This document shows positions 36,452-47,127 of a stretch of DNA of 50,168 nt, piece after piece (position 1 is the first letter of the stretch; every line of letters starts with the position of its first letter). The DNA is from Escherichia phage vB_EcoS-DELF2. A model generated the notes under the pieces. The model saw only the letters and a list, made by a program, of their open reading frames with translations, had not been told where the DNA came from and ran no database searches. The position numbers and the translations under genes are program-made. The stretch is taken from the sequence record NC_049832.1, one strand, 5' to 3'.

Positions 36452-37408
36452 ATGGGACAAGGAATATACATAAATCTAAATGACGGTCGTCCGGCAATGG
36501 AGATAACCTCTGGACTTCGCGCCCCGTCATGGTGCGGACCAATACAAGCGGACGGGGTTGATTCATCTGGATCGGTTTTTGATTTTGGTCTGCAAATGAG
36601 TCCAGGGTCTACTGCTTTTTGCCTTCCATCTCAGGCTATCTACATAGACGATATGGATTACATCCCGGAGGTGTATTATTTGACCAGTTTTCAGAAGGTC
36701 AATGATTCAACCGGACGAATAACGGTAGGTAATTTTAACGGGCACGGTGGAAGGAGGATGAGATTTTATGGCAACTGTTACGAAATCCTCCCCGCTCAGG
36801 CTGGAAATCAGGGGATACTTGTTAACGATTCAACGAACTTCGCAGCGATACCGAATAACGCCAGATTGATGAGCGCTGCATTTGTTGGGGGGATTCAGGT
36901 TAACGGTCAGGCTCAGTTGCCAGTACAGGGCGTTCCTTTCGGTATGTGGGATAATCCAAACGTAACACTTGAATCTGACGGCAATACAATATGGTGCAGG
37001 GATGCAAACTATAACGGGATTGATGACGTTGGCGCGAGCGTATACGTTCAACTCGTAATATTTAATAACACCCCACCACCTCCTGGGCCTGGAATAACTA
37101 TGAGTAACCCTGCTGGCCAGATCGTTTTCTCAAGCGTTAGACGCCCCTTCGTTCTTGGCGGGACTATGGCGATAAATGATGGTTGGCAGTGGTGCGGTGG
37201 ATTTTTCCCAATACTGAGAACAGGTACGATATGCAGAGTTACAGGTGGATATAATAACATTCGATACAAGGGCGTTTGCATGAGCGGCGGTAACGTGAGA
37301 AGCGCACCAGGAACAAGGGTAGGTAACTATTCTACTCAGAGCGGCGCTCAATTTCCCTTCAATATAAACATTTCAATGCCAATTCCTTTCACTCCAAACA
37401 TGTATTAA
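36452..37408 (+). CDS. putative receptor-binding protein
   Basis: Gly/Asn-rich beta-type protein encoded between the lipoprotein and the J-like gene. Confidence 0.4.
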   Translation: MGQGIYINLNDGRPAMEITSGLRAPSWCGPIQADGVDSSGSVFDFGLQMSPGSTAFCLPSQAIYIDDMDYIPEVYYLTSFQKVNDSTGRITVGNFNGHGGRRMRFYGNCYEILPAQAGNQGILVNDSTNFAAIPNNARLMSAAFVGGIQVNGQAQLPVQGVPFGMWDNPNVTLESDGNTIWCRDANYNGIDDVGASVYVQLVIFNNTPPPPGPGITMSNPAGQIVFSSVRRPFVLGGTMAINDGWQWCGGFFPILRTGTICRVTGGYNNIRYKGVCMSGGNVRSAPGTRVGNYSTQSGAQFPFNINISMPIPFTPNMY

Positions 37409-37412
37409 AAAA

Positions 37413-37428
37413 GGGGCCGATCGGCCCC
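37413..37428. terminator. bidirectional terminator GGGGCC-GATC-GGCCCC
   Basis: Between convergent receptor-binding and J-like genes. Confidence 0.7.
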
Positions 37429-37434
37429 TTTCTG

Positions 37435-40400
37435 TTACCAGACACCAACAACCACTCGGCCCCCGTTAGGTAGGTTAACCGTGATCCCGTTATTGTTTAT
37501 CTGAACCGTATTGTTTGTCCCGTTGAATGCAAACGATCCGTTATCTGCATACAAAGCACCCCTTACGGTTGCGTTCATGAAGTAAGCTGCACCATTCTTG
37601 TTAATATGCCACCCTTGATTTCCATCCCAATTGTTAGACTGAATCGCGTTACCAATCATGGCGTTAGTAATAAATCCATCCTTGATGATCGCGCTACTTA
37701 GAATAACCTGGCCATTCTCAACAACGAATGGGTACTGAGTCTGACCATTCATTCCAGTCATGATGGCAAATCGTGATGCCTCAAACAAAATCTGCGCCTT
37801 AACCGCAGCTCCGGAACCAATCAGAGACATAGCCATGCCTGCACTGTATTCTTGGCCGTTATACTTCAGACCGAGCTTGACTCCGTACATTGCACCAGTC
37901 GAATCCGCATTGCTCCACGAATCAAGTTTTTGAGAAAGTGCCGCCTCATTATTCCCAAGCCTCGCGCTTAACGACAAGTCAGCTTGCGTTCTAGCCTCAG
38001 TCTCGTTTGCTATAGCCTCTCTGATATCAGTCAAACTTGCCTGGATATCATCATCAATCTCTGCCCTTAGTTGGTCAATTTCACGCGATAGCGCTCCAGT
38101 CTCAGTTGCGATAACTTCACGCAATTCGCTGTTGCTAGCGCTAATCTGATCGCCAAAACTCGCCTTCAATTGCTCGATCGCCGTCACTCGTGCCTGCGTC
38201 TCATCAGCAATAAGTTTCAGTGATTTCGTGTACTCAGCTTTTCGTTTTCCGTTCTCCTTCTTCATGTAGATCGCGTCTTTGTCATTGGCGAGAGCGTTTT
38301 CTATTGCTGCCTCTGCGTTAGCTGCGTTCTGCGCCGCGTTGTCGGTTGCGTTATCAACAAGCCACTCGTAGCCCGGAGAGTTTTCGATATCAACAGAAAT
38401 CTCTCCGATGATATCGTCTACGTTGGTCGATGCCATGCCCCTGACGAAATCAGTCCACTGAGAAACGTTACCGATCCTGTCAACCGTCCTTACCCGATAC
38501 CACACAATATTCCCACCCGGCATCGGTGAGTGATAATACTCATGCTGCGGGTACGGAATCAAAGAAAGCAAACTTGCGTTATCCACTGTTCCATCCGGTG
38601 ACTGTTGCAACTCTGTATAGGCCGTATCTCCAGAACCATCAGAGAACCCCCATTTTGTACGGATACCAAAAACAACATCATCCGTAGCTGTGAGGTTAAT
38701 CGGTCGACCCGGCTCACCTTGTTTGCCCGTCAGCGTCGCAGCTACGATATTTGACCATCCTGAAGTCGTACCGGAACCAGCTACGGAGCGAACGCGAACC
38801 TGATAGTTGCCAGCGTAAATACCCTCAACGTAAACCTCTTTGTTTGCTGTCTGCGGAACGTTTTGCCAGTTGCCGTTATCCTTTCTCCACTGTACGTCAT
38901 AGAAAACTGCGTACGGCACTTTATCCCAGCTAACAATCATCGTTTCTACGCTCATCCCCTGGACGATTCTCGACTCTGAGGACACTTGCACGTTTTCCGG
39001 TCTAGGGATCTGATCTGGTTCAACGATGCTCGTCGGTCGGTCGTCGATGTTAACTCCGTAATCAATCTCGTCGTACTTGTTAGGATCGTACTCCACCGCC
39101 GTGATTTTGTAGGTAAATTCCTCGTCATCATCGCCCTTATCGATTTTTGTCACGACGTACTGTTGTAGCGCAATGTCGGTGCGGTCGATAGCGAATACCG
39201 TGTTAGGCTTCACAGGAAAGCCAAAGCCAATGTTAACCTCTATAGTCTTACCATCCGCGCTAACACTTGAGATTGTGCGCTTCACGGGCTTGCCATCGGG
39301 CTTATTTACTATAATAAAGTCACCTGCGCGCGCATCCACACGGAACGGCAAGAAAATCTGGCTTCCAGACACTTCAAGCAAGCGCCCTGATAGGTTCATA
39401 GTCAAGTTGCTTGACCAGAAGTTGTCGGCTATTGCCACAACATCACCTATTGTCGGGATCATGCCCTCAAGCCCGGTCGCGAAGTTTACCGTAGTGCTGC
39501 GAAGGTTGGTCTTCAGAATCCATCGCCCTCGTCGGTTAGCCTCGCTTCGACGCGTGCAACCTATCGCTGTAATGCTGGTTACGTTATTACCAAACCGCAG
39601 AGTCGCCTCACGATCGAATACTGGCTCAACGTCCTGTTGATACATGTTTTGTTCGTCGTCAAACATCACGTTACACGTCGTGTACATACTCTTTTCGCTT
39701 GCGAACGTATAGGAGAAGTCACCATTAACAACGTTGTCGTTAGTGAAGATGTACGCAGGCTCACGCGGTCTGTCGATGATTACCGAGATGCTTTCACCAT
39801 TCCAGAAGCTCATACCACGGAATATTGAGCAAATATCTCGAATAACCTTGTACGCATCAGTCTGTGACTGAATTATCACGTCGCAAAGGTATCGAGGCTC
39901 CGTACCGCCTTTCCCGTCAGGAACCATCTGGTCGCAATATTGCGCCGCCTCATATAGCGCCCATTTATCGACAGATATTCCAAGCTCTTTCTGATCCAGC
40001 CCATAACGCTGATTAATCATCAGGTCGTAAAGCACCCAAGCCGGGTTATTCGTCCACGCCTTCTTAAAAGTGCCATCCCAATTTCCGTTATAAGTTCGTG
40101 ACTCCGGATCGTAGTTTGATGGAACGTTTACAATCTTCCATCGCTTACGAATTGAGATCGTAGGTAACTGGTTTGGGAACATCTTCGAATCAAACTCGAC
40201 AAAAAGAAGACCAGTCAGCGGGTAACGGAATTTGGCATCAATCACCTCGGCATAGCTCTTTACCTGAATCGCGTCAACAACGTTCGAGTCGTTAGAGTCT
40301 GGAGTTTTCCTAACCACTCTGAATATCACCTGATTGTTGAAGTTAGGTAGGTTTATACGTCTGCTTCGATCGTAACCTGACATTGTTTTACCTTCGATTA

Positions 40401-40884
40401 CATCGGTGAGCACCGTCTCAAACGAGCCGCCATCAACAGCCTGTTGCACCTCATACTCAACTCTTACGCCGTTTTTATCTCCGTTGCTTTCAATGCGTAC
40501 GCCGCGAGGCATGAACATTTTAATACGGATTGCCGACAGCGTCTTGTTGGTTACTGAGATCGTGTATGGATTATCGGTAGTAACCTCACGGTTTACAGTT
40601 ACCTCGCTGGAGCTATCCTCCATGCCCTTAATGTATTCCTGAGTCTGCGTACCCGGCCTGAACTCTGCTGTTACGCCCTCAAAGTTAAAAGAGCCATCCT
40701 CGTTTTGCACCGGGACTGAGTTAAACATCAGTTGCTTAAGGTTGAATGTTTCGTCAACCTCGCCATCAGATACTGCCAGAAGAATCTTGATTTTGTTGAT
40801 TGAGATTAGATTATCTTCCATCTCAACTGGCTTATGCGGCTTTTGTGTTCCACCTTTAGATCCACTTATCACTTTTTGAATCAT
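37435..40884 (-). CDS. central tail fiber / host specificity protein (lambda J-like)
   Basis: 1149 aa; last gene of lambda-like tail module after I/K/L/M homologues. Confidence 0.85.
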   Translation of the reverse strand: MIQKVISGSKGGTQKPHKPVEMEDNLISINKIKILLAVSDGEVDETFNLKQLMFNSVPVQNEDGSFNFEGVTAEFRPGTQTQEYIKGMEDSSSEVTVNREVTTDNPYTISVTNKTLSAIRIKMFMPRGVRIESNGDKNGVRVEYEVQQAVDGGSFETVLTDVIEGKTMSGYDRSRRINLPNFNNQVIFRVVRKTPDSNDSNVVDAIQVKSYAEVIDAKFRYPLTGLLFVEFDSKMFPNQLPTISIRKRWKIVNVPSNYDPESRTYNGNWDGTFKKAWTNNPAWVLYDLMINQRYGLDQKELGISVDKWALYEAAQYCDQMVPDGKGGTEPRYLCDVIIQSQTDAYKVIRDICSIFRGMSFWNGESISVIIDRPREPAYIFTNDNVVNGDFSYTFASEKSMYTTCNVMFDDEQNMYQQDVEPVFDREATLRFGNNVTSITAIGCTRRSEANRRGRWILKTNLRSTTVNFATGLEGMIPTIGDVVAIADNFWSSNLTMNLSGRLLEVSGSQIFLPFRVDARAGDFIIVNKPDGKPVKRTISSVSADGKTIEVNIGFGFPVKPNTVFAIDRTDIALQQYVVTKIDKGDDDEEFTYKITAVEYDPNKYDEIDYGVNIDDRPTSIVEPDQIPRPENVQVSSESRIVQGMSVETMIVSWDKVPYAVFYDVQWRKDNGNWQNVPQTANKEVYVEGIYAGNYQVRVRSVAGSGTTSGWSNIVAATLTGKQGEPGRPINLTATDDVVFGIRTKWGFSDGSGDTAYTELQQSPDGTVDNASLLSLIPYPQHEYYHSPMPGGNIVWYRVRTVDRIGNVSQWTDFVRGMASTNVDDIIGEISVDIENSPGYEWLVDNATDNAAQNAANAEAAIENALANDKDAIYMKKENGKRKAEYTKSLKLIADETQARVTAIEQLKASFGDQISASNSELREVIATETGALSREIDQLRAEIDDDIQASLTDIREAIANETEARTQADLSLSARLGNNEAALSQKLDSWSNADSTGAMYGVKLGLKYNGQEYSAGMAMSLIGSGAAVKAQILFEASRFAIMTGMNGQTQYPFVVENGQVILSSAIIKDGFITNAMIGNAIQSNNWDGNQGWHINKNGAAYFMNATVRGALYADNGSFAFNGTNNTVQINNNGITVNLPNGGRVVVGVW

Positions 40885-40932
40885 GATGTTTACCTTTTTG
40901 TGCTATTTATCGGTGGACTCATTATACAGGCG

Positions 40933-40957
40933 AAAAAAAACCCGCGCAAGGCGGGTT
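40933..40957 (-). terminator. hairpin AACCCGC-GCAAG-GCGGGTT plus T-run
   Basis: Between I-like and J-like genes; near-identical to element at 43113. Confidence 0.5.
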
Positions 40958-40961
40958 GATT

Positions 40962-41561
40962 TTAACTCATATCCTCGGCATAAGAACCCGCCGAGAAAGT
41001 TGCGCCACCTCCGGCGCGATATCCATATGGGACCGGGAGAGGGTATCCCGCCGCCGTAGTATTGACAGCACCACCGAACGCGTACGAAGGTTTATTCTTG
41101 CTTGACTGAACCTCAAAATTTGCGCCACCTGGCTGAGGTGAAATCATCTGCATCACGCCGCCAAGCACCATAGCGCCGCCCATCATAAACAGAGACGAGG
41201 ACATTGTTCCCATTAATGCCAGAGATGCGCCGCCAGTATAGAACGCCGCAACCATTATTGCCGCACCCAATACAACCTGGAATAGACCGCCTGACTTAGA
41301 ACCAGTCGGGATCGGGACAATCCTTATCTCTTTGGCACACTTGAATTTTTCCTCTTCATGGTGTCCAACGTTAACGCCATCCACAAATATTGCAAACTTG
41401 CTACGTGATCCGACCTCACTTTGCATATATTCTTTGAATCCATCCACCTGACTGGATAGCGCACGGATAGCTTCCGGGTAAGAGTCAACGGCGAATCTGT
41501 GAAAGACGCCGAAGCGCCTTCCAAGTGAACCGGATAATTTGATTACTTTTACATCATTCAT
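40962..41561 (-). CDS. tail assembly protein (lambda I-like)
   Basis: Gly-rich hydrophobic C-terminal half; position after K-like gene. Confidence 0.7.
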   Translation of the reverse strand: MNDVKVIKLSGSLGRRFGVFHRFAVDSYPEAIRALSSQVDGFKEYMQSEVGSRSKFAIFVDGVNVGHHEEEKFKCAKEIRIVPIPTGSKSGGLFQVVLGAAIMVAAFYTGGASLALMGTMSSSLFMMGGAMVLGGVMQMISPQPGGANFEVQSSKNKPSYAFGGAVNTTAAGYPLPVPYGYRAGGGATFSAGSYAEDMS

Positions 41562-42292
41562 AATTTAAGATCCTTATGGCGAACAATTAAAACAGTATGA
41601 TCCTGATACCAGCCGGAATAGATATCACGTCGCGAAAGTTTGCCAAAGGCGTGATGCAAGATCTGATTATCACCCAGGTAAATCCCTGCGTGGTTCCATA
41701 CCGGAACATTTTGCCCTATCTGCATGATTACCATATCCCCGAATGATGGGTTATTCTGATCTGGAATCTCAACGAATCCATCTTGCTTGTAATAATCCTG
41801 ATAGAGATTAATTCCGTACTCCGGTTTCCACCATTCAAAATTCAATCGGCGATCGCGTAACTCTACGCCGTGCTCTTTGTGCCACGCCATAACAAGACCG
41901 TAACAGTCGAATGATCCTAATGACCACGGACGACCAATCAGAGGTAATTTCTCTGGCTTCACAAATCGCATATCTCCTTCCGGTACGCTAACAATAATCC
42001 AGGTCACTTCCATCTCATTACACATGCACGTATCGTGAGCGCTGGGAAGAGTTGTAGCTCCGTCCCCGGTGTGGCTGTGGACAATTGCGATCGTGGTTGA
42101 GTCAGCGTCGTCCTCAATACATGCGTATTGCACTGCGTCCATCATGAAGTGATTATCAGGATCGCGATGTACATTATCAACGCGATGGTATTTTTGCACT
42201 CGGCCCTTTTGGGTGACTACCCCGCAGCATTCGCGTGGGTATTCTTCCTGAGCGTGAGTCATAATTTCAAGTTTAATTTTTGCACTAATCAT
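41558..42292 (-). CDS. tail assembly protein (lambda K-like; JAB/MPN metalloprotease plus NlpC/P60 domains)
   Basis: JAMM motif HSHTGDGATTLPSAHD; NlpC/P60 Cys-His (DCYGLV...H); ATGA overlap with upstream gene. Confidence 0.85.
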   Translation of the reverse strand: MISAKIKLEIMTHAQEEYPRECCGVVTQKGRVQKYHRVDNVHRDPDNHFMMDAVQYACIEDDADSTTIAIVHSHTGDGATTLPSAHDTCMCNEMEVTWIIVSVPEGDMRFVKPEKLPLIGRPWSLGSFDCYGLVMAWHKEHGVELRDRRLNFEWWKPEYGINLYQDYYKQDGFVEIPDQNNPSFGDMVIMQIGQNVPVWNHAGIYLGDNQILHHAFGKLSRRDIYSGWYQDHTVLIVRHKDLKL

Positions 42293-43071
42293 TGATTTTT
42301 CCTCTGTAGTGAAGCGACAGCGCAACCGCCAAAATCCAGTTCATTGTTTGCGCCGAATCTCAGGCGGCAGGCCGTTACCGTACCTGGGCAGAAATCCAAA
42401 GCAGGATCGTCTACCGGATTATTGTCTTTGTCAAAATAACCGTTTTGCCCGTTGTATCCGCAGCCTTTCCCGGTTTTATACCATCCCCGCTGCGCCCAAT
42501 AGCAAACGCTTTGCGTTAGTCGAGACGGGATCATGATGCCATCCATATCATACGGCGACGTGAGATCGAATCGGGCGACGCTCTTATCGACATAGCTCGG
42601 GCGTTCGATATAGTATACCAGTTTGCGGTAAGCGCCGTCAGCTATTGAGCCGTCAGGTTGAATTAAGTCCTTTTGAGTGATCCAGATTGTCACCTTCGCC
42701 TGCATCAATCCGTTATATGCGCGAATCATTGCCGACACTCTGCTATCAATGTTCGCCACCGTCAACTGTGGTTTTGTTGCCTTGCCGGAACTATCAAACG
42801 AGATCCCGGATATGCCGAACGGGCGCGCTCCATATTGCTCCCCACGGAATGTAATTTCTTTCGGCGGCAGCGTTCCAGTTTGCTGGGCCTGCATGATTTC
42901 CTCTGGAGTGTACTGGATGTTCTCTCCGTGGAATCGATACACCTGAGCGCCGAACTTGCTACCATCAACTTCAATAAGGGTGATTATCTCCCCTGGATAC
43001 AGTGACTGAAGGCAGTTATGAAACAGGCTCCTTCCGCTTTCTTCATCATAAAGTTTTTTGTTTTCGCTCAT
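42289..43071 (-). CDS. minor tail protein (lambda L-like)
   Basis: C-terminal Cys cluster; AAGAGGAA RBS before ATG 43071. Confidence 0.7.
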   Translation of the reverse strand: MSENKKLYDEESGRSLFHNCLQSLYPGEIITLIEVDGSKFGAQVYRFHGENIQYTPEEIMQAQQTGTLPPKEITFRGEQYGARPFGISGISFDSSGKATKPQLTVANIDSRVSAMIRAYNGLMQAKVTIWITQKDLIQPDGSIADGAYRKLVYYIERPSYVDKSVARFDLTSPYDMDGIMIPSRLTQSVCYWAQRGWYKTGKGCGYNGQNGYFDKDNNPVDDPALDFCPGTVTACRLRFGANNELDFGGCAVASLQRKNQ

Positions 43072-43112
43072 TTTCTTTTCCTCTTGTTTAGTTGCAACCA
43101 TTCTACAGCTAC

Positions 43113-43133
43113 AAAAAAACCCGCGCAAGGCGG
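43113..43133 (-). terminator. hairpin CCCGC-GCAAG-GCGGG with A/T runs both sides
   Basis: Between M-like and L-like genes. Confidence 0.5.
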
Positions 43134-43150
43134 GCTTTTGTCATGAGGTG

Positions 43151-43504
43151 CTATTCCATAGATGTAAACTGCTCCATAAACGTGACATTAATTTCCATCA
43201 CGTCGCGTGATACTGGTTTCGCGCCCAAGCTGTTAGGCTTAACAACCCACACTCCGATCTTCCCGTCCGGCGGCGTCCATGCGAACGGTTTAATTCGGTG
43301 AGAATCGCAGAAGTTGTAAACAGCCATGAAATCCCCCCCAGCGTAGACAACCGAATACTCGCGTCGAGTGGTGTTAAATCCAGATGATGCAAGCTGCATG
43401 TAGCCGTTTCCAAACTGTATGGATCTGTCATTGTTGGTAGTGGTAAGGGAGCCACCGCCCCCTTGAACCTGCGTACACCAACTGAAAGTATCAAGTGCCG
43501 CCAT
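43151..43504 (-). CDS. minor tail protein (lambda M-like)
   Basis: FGNGYMQ and FAWTPP motifs resembling lambda gpM; directly after tape measure. Confidence 0.75.
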   Translation of the reverse strand: MAALDTFSWCTQVQGGGGSLTTTNNDRSIQFGNGYMQLASSGFNTTRREYSVVYAGGDFMAVYNFCDSHRIKPFAWTPPDGKIGVWVVKPNSLGAKPVSRDVMEINVTFMEQFTSME

Positions 43505-43506
43505 TA

Positions 43507-46380
43507 TTAGCCTCCCGTTTTTTCCTGAATGTAATTGTAAACCTCACCGCCCTGCGAACAAGACTCTCGAATCATTTTTTTGAACATCATTTCTACGCCC
43601 TGAGAAATTCCTCTCGGATCTGAACCGTTGTCAACTTTAACCTCCATACCCCTAACATCAACGACCGTCCCGCCTGCTGACTGGTTCGCTGCCTTCGGTG
43701 CGGATTTAGATGCGTTAAATCCAGAGGTTGCAACACTACCCGCAGCGGCAGCAAGCGAGGTAACGGCAACGCCTGAAGATAAAGACCTAAAACCAGAGAC
43801 GGCAGGTGTAGGAGTTGCCTGTGATGCCGCAGAAGCGCTAGAGGTCAATCCACTTGCAAAACTCCATGTCTTACCTCCCGTCATGCCTGAGATCGTATTG
43901 AAGATTACCATCTGAGCAATCATCTTGATAATCATGCTAATGATATTTTTCGCAAAGTCCTCAAAATTTGCCTTACCTGTAGTAAGGAATTGAGTCATCA
44001 TATCACTCATTCCGTTAAGTGAACTTGACGCGATATCATACACGTTGCCGTACATATCCATTGCAGAATCGCCGTAATCTGCAAATGCGCTTTCAGCACC
44101 AGCCAACCAGTCAGCGCGCTTGGCATCTTCCGCAGCATAGTAATCATTTTGTGCCTTGATCATGTTCTGGAGTTTTTCATCTCCTTCGCTGCCACCTGCA
44201 TTAATATAGTCAGTGGTGATCTTAGCCAGTTCCGCTTGTCGTTCCATTTCTCGGGTGCTCATCCCGCGAGACGCGTTTAGCTGCTCTGTAGCTGCCGTCA
44301 AATCATTGACAAATTTCAGTGATTTATCGGTAAGTGCGTTCAACTGCTGCTGCTTAACAATCTGATCGCCAATCTCAGCCTTTTGTTTCGCAAGCTCTAA
44401 AACCTTCTCTTGGTTTGCAAGTAGTGCTTTTTCTTCCGCAGATAGCTGACGCTTAGAACTAGCTTCTCGAAGAACAGCAATTGTAGCCTCAGTCGTAAAA
44501 AGCGCCTTTCTCTGTGCTGATATTTTTTGCCCGATCTCCTTGTGCTCCTGCAAAACCTTAAGCTGCGCTTTGAGTGAAATTAACTCCTTATCGAATTGCT
44601 CTGTAGGTGAGCGTAAAATTTTCGACTGCTTATTTCGTTCACGGTTTCGCTTTTCGATCTCTTTAGCTTCTTCCTTGATAGCGTCCTTAGTTTCCTGGCT
44701 ATACTGCTTTTCAAGAGTACGGCGCTGCTTCATTGCTTCAATGTATCCCATCTCACCTTTTTCAACACGGGCGTTAATGGCATCAAGCTCTGAAGCTAAC
44801 TGATCGTAGTTGTCACGAGAGCTTTTTACAATATTCTCCTGTTCCTTTAGTACATCAGCACCAAAATCACTCATGCCAGGCAGAGACTGTGTAGCCTTAA
44901 TTGCAGATGCGATAAAGTTTGAGATGTACTCATCACCCTTAGCAAGAATCATTTTCACCTGAATTACCGTACCTTGAACTACGTCAATAATCAGGTTTAA
45001 CGCTCCGAGCGTATGATCCCCAACCCATCCCCACGCATCAGAAGCCCATTGCTTAATATCTTTCCACATTTTTTCCAGAGGGGTAGCATTATCAGCGATC
45101 GACTTCATTCGTTTTTCCATTACATCAGCGAATAATTTCGTGGCTTCAGACACTGCCTCTGTTTCACCCTTAGTACGGCTTAGCGTATCGATATATGTCA
45201 GTTGCCCTTTTTCTAAAAAGTTGTATTGCTCGTTAAGTTTAGCCAGACCCTTTACAGGATCGCTTGCGATTTTATCGAACTCAGCGATGATTTTACTTGC
45301 TGATTTACCGGTTGCTGTCGACCACTCAGCGGTAGCCTTTGTGATGTTCTGAATCTGCTCTCGCGTATACTTCCCCGTACTGGCAAGTTCAGTAACAATC
45401 TCACGAATGCTTGAAATTGTTGAATTGCTCGTCTGAGCCACCTTTTTAGCAACAGAATCAAGTTCTTCAGCCGTGACTCCTGCATAACCTCCAGTCTCAA
45501 CAAGAGCCTTCTGCATATCAGTTATTGACTTGTAAGAGTCATAACCAGCTTTCGCAAGAAGACCTAAAGAGCCGACAAGAACACCAACACCAACTGTGAC
45601 CGGATTAATATAGCTGAGCAATACCTTAAATGTATTGCCGATCCCGCCGAACGAGTCCTTGATTTGACCGCCTTGCTGGATGGCAACCATCCAAACTGGC
45701 ATACCGGACGCAAGAGATGTAACGACGTCGGTAATCTGCGCGGGAAGCATTCGCATTGCCTGCCTATATTGCCCCGCGCTAATACCTGCGGCATTCATAG
45801 CTCGACCCTGCTCTTTAAGTTTTGCGATCAGTGGCGCTGCTTCATTTGATAGTCCAAGCTGAGCCGCTTTCAGTTCCATTAACTCTGCGTGAGTTTTGCC
45901 AATAGCGTTAACCTGACTGTTCAGGGAATCCATGAACGCTTTGTTTTTCGCTGCTGCCTGCTCTTTTGCTTTCGCTTCCTGCAATGCTGCCTGCCCCTCT
46001 TCAGTAAGCATGGCTCGGCTGCGAGCAAGTTTTGCATTTTGCATGTCCAGCATTTCACCCAAACGGAAAAATGTTTCATCTGGAACAACGCCCTTTTGCC
46101 AGAGTTTATCAAGCTGCTGAGATGCAATCTTCAGCTTTTCCATTTTTGATACTGTAGGATCGATTGCCTTTTCTACAGCCTCGTACTCTTTGCGCTGGCG
46201 CTTAAGTTGCTCAGCGTGTTCTTTAGCCTTCTGTTTTGCAACCTCGGCCTCATTGATTAAAGACCCCATAGAGTCAGCGGCCTGATCGTTGGCCTTTGAA
46301 AACTCTTTCAGTGACTTGACTGCGCGCTGCACTGTTGACACATCAACGTCAAGCGACAGACCTGCTACCTTATCAACCAT
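43507..46380 (-). CDS. tail tape measure protein
   Basis: 957 aa, long coiled-coil, Gly/Ala/Ser-rich C-terminal region; follows G/GT chaperone. Confidence 0.9.
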   Translation of the reverse strand: MVDKVAGLSLDVDVSTVQRAVKSLKEFSKANDQAADSMGSLINEAEVAKQKAKEHAEQLKRQRKEYEAVEKAIDPTVSKMEKLKIASQQLDKLWQKGVVPDETFFRLGEMLDMQNAKLARSRAMLTEEGQAALQEAKAKEQAAAKNKAFMDSLNSQVNAIGKTHAELMELKAAQLGLSNEAAPLIAKLKEQGRAMNAAGISAGQYRQAMRMLPAQITDVVTSLASGMPVWMVAIQQGGQIKDSFGGIGNTFKVLLSYINPVTVGVGVLVGSLGLLAKAGYDSYKSITDMQKALVETGGYAGVTAEELDSVAKKVAQTSNSTISSIREIVTELASTGKYTREQIQNITKATAEWSTATGKSASKIIAEFDKIASDPVKGLAKLNEQYNFLEKGQLTYIDTLSRTKGETEAVSEATKLFADVMEKRMKSIADNATPLEKMWKDIKQWASDAWGWVGDHTLGALNLIIDVVQGTVIQVKMILAKGDEYISNFIASAIKATQSLPGMSDFGADVLKEQENIVKSSRDNYDQLASELDAINARVEKGEMGYIEAMKQRRTLEKQYSQETKDAIKEEAKEIEKRNRERNKQSKILRSPTEQFDKELISLKAQLKVLQEHKEIGQKISAQRKALFTTEATIAVLREASSKRQLSAEEKALLANQEKVLELAKQKAEIGDQIVKQQQLNALTDKSLKFVNDLTAATEQLNASRGMSTREMERQAELAKITTDYINAGGSEGDEKLQNMIKAQNDYYAAEDAKRADWLAGAESAFADYGDSAMDMYGNVYDIASSSLNGMSDMMTQFLTTGKANFEDFAKNIISMIIKMIAQMVIFNTISGMTGGKTWSFASGLTSSASAASQATPTPAVSGFRSLSSGVAVTSLAAAAGSVATSGFNASKSAPKAANQSAGGTVVDVRGMEVKVDNGSDPRGISQGVEMMFKKMIRESCSQGGEVYNYIQEKTGG

Positions 46381-46397
46381 ATAACCCCCTATATACG

Positions 46398-46420
46398 AAA
46401 AAACCGCCAGACGGCGGCTT
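46398..46420 (-). terminator. hairpin CCGCC-GTCT-GGCGG plus T-run
   Basis: Between T-frame ORF and tape measure start. Confidence 0.5.
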
Positions 46421-46688
46421 AGTTATTCTGCTTAGCAATCATTTCAAGCGCTTTCGCTTCCATGATCCTAACGTCCTGCAATGCCAGTTCTTCATCTTCT
46501 ATTTTATAGATTTTAAACAACATAGGCAAAACATTATAGTCAAGACCATAAGCGCCAGCGCCTGAACTTCTCCACTGAGTGAGCATTGATGTAAAAACAT
46601 TCCAAGCCTTCACCATTTCAGCGTCGCCAATTATCGTTTCAGGTTCCTCGTCTTCATAGTCTGAAAGACTTAAACCAACCGATCGCAA
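46419..46688 (-). CDS. tail assembly chaperone -1 frame extension (T-like part of GT)
   Basis: In -1 frame relative to 46736..47053; open from slippery site. Confidence 0.55.
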   Translation of the reverse strand: MRSVGLSLSDYEDEEPETIIGDAEMVKAWNVFTSMLTQWRSSGAGAYGLDYNVLPMLFKIYKIEDEELALQDVRIMEAKALEMIAKQNN

Positions 46689-46735
46689 TTGTTCCTCTGT
46701 TGGCGGCTTCTGATATAACAGATAGACCGCCTTTT

Positions 46736-47053
46736 TTAGTTTTTTGCGCGGTGTCCGGCAAGAGCCTTGATGTAAGTCGCTGTCAGGTTGTACGCTGCTG
46801 AAGGATAATACTGAACCAGTTTTCGCGCATTTTCTTCGTTAAATTCTTCTTCAAGGTTCCATCCTGACGCGATCTTGGTAATGAACTCGCTGTCGTTCAT
46901 TTCTCCCTGGTTGGCATACATATCCTGAACTTCTTTACTGGAAAGGTGGCGTACAGTGAAAATGATCGTTGCATCTTCACCGTTAGGCATGGTGAAGGTA
47001 ACTGGAAGTTTGAAGTCTGGAAGTTGACCAAGAATAAAATTAAATTTAGCCAT
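46736..47053 (-). CDS. tail assembly chaperone (lambda G-like)
   Basis: Between major tail and tape measure; ends with AAAAAAC slippery heptamer; AACCAATCAGGAG leader. Confidence 0.65.
   Translation of the reverse strand: MAKFNFILGQLPDFKLPVTFTMPNGEDATIIFTVRHLSSKEVQDMYANQGEMNDSEFITKIASGWNLEEEFNEENARKLVQYYPSAAYNLTATYIKALAGHRAKN
46739..46745 (-). other. -1 programmed ribosomal frameshift slippery heptamer A_AAA_AAC
   Basis: Last codons GCA AAA AAC TAA; -1 frame continues into 46419..46688. Confidence 0.6.
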
Positions 47054-47127
47054 GATATTTCTCCTGATTGGTTAATGGCACTTTTTGTTAAAAGAGAATA
47101 GTGCAAACTTGATACGATGATTTTACA

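Noticed and set aside
38751-40642. Short plus-strand ORFs inside the J-like gene and other antisense ORFs inside the tape measure gene (43628..46149)
   Set aside because: Typical spurious antisense ORFs within long GC-balanced genes; no translation signals.
47074-47093. Motif-like sequence ATGGCACTTTTTGTTAAAAG upstream of the tail chaperone gene as a plus-strand promoter
   Set aside because: Oriented away from any plus-strand gene and overlaps the chaperone gene leader; probably a diverged or coincidental copy.
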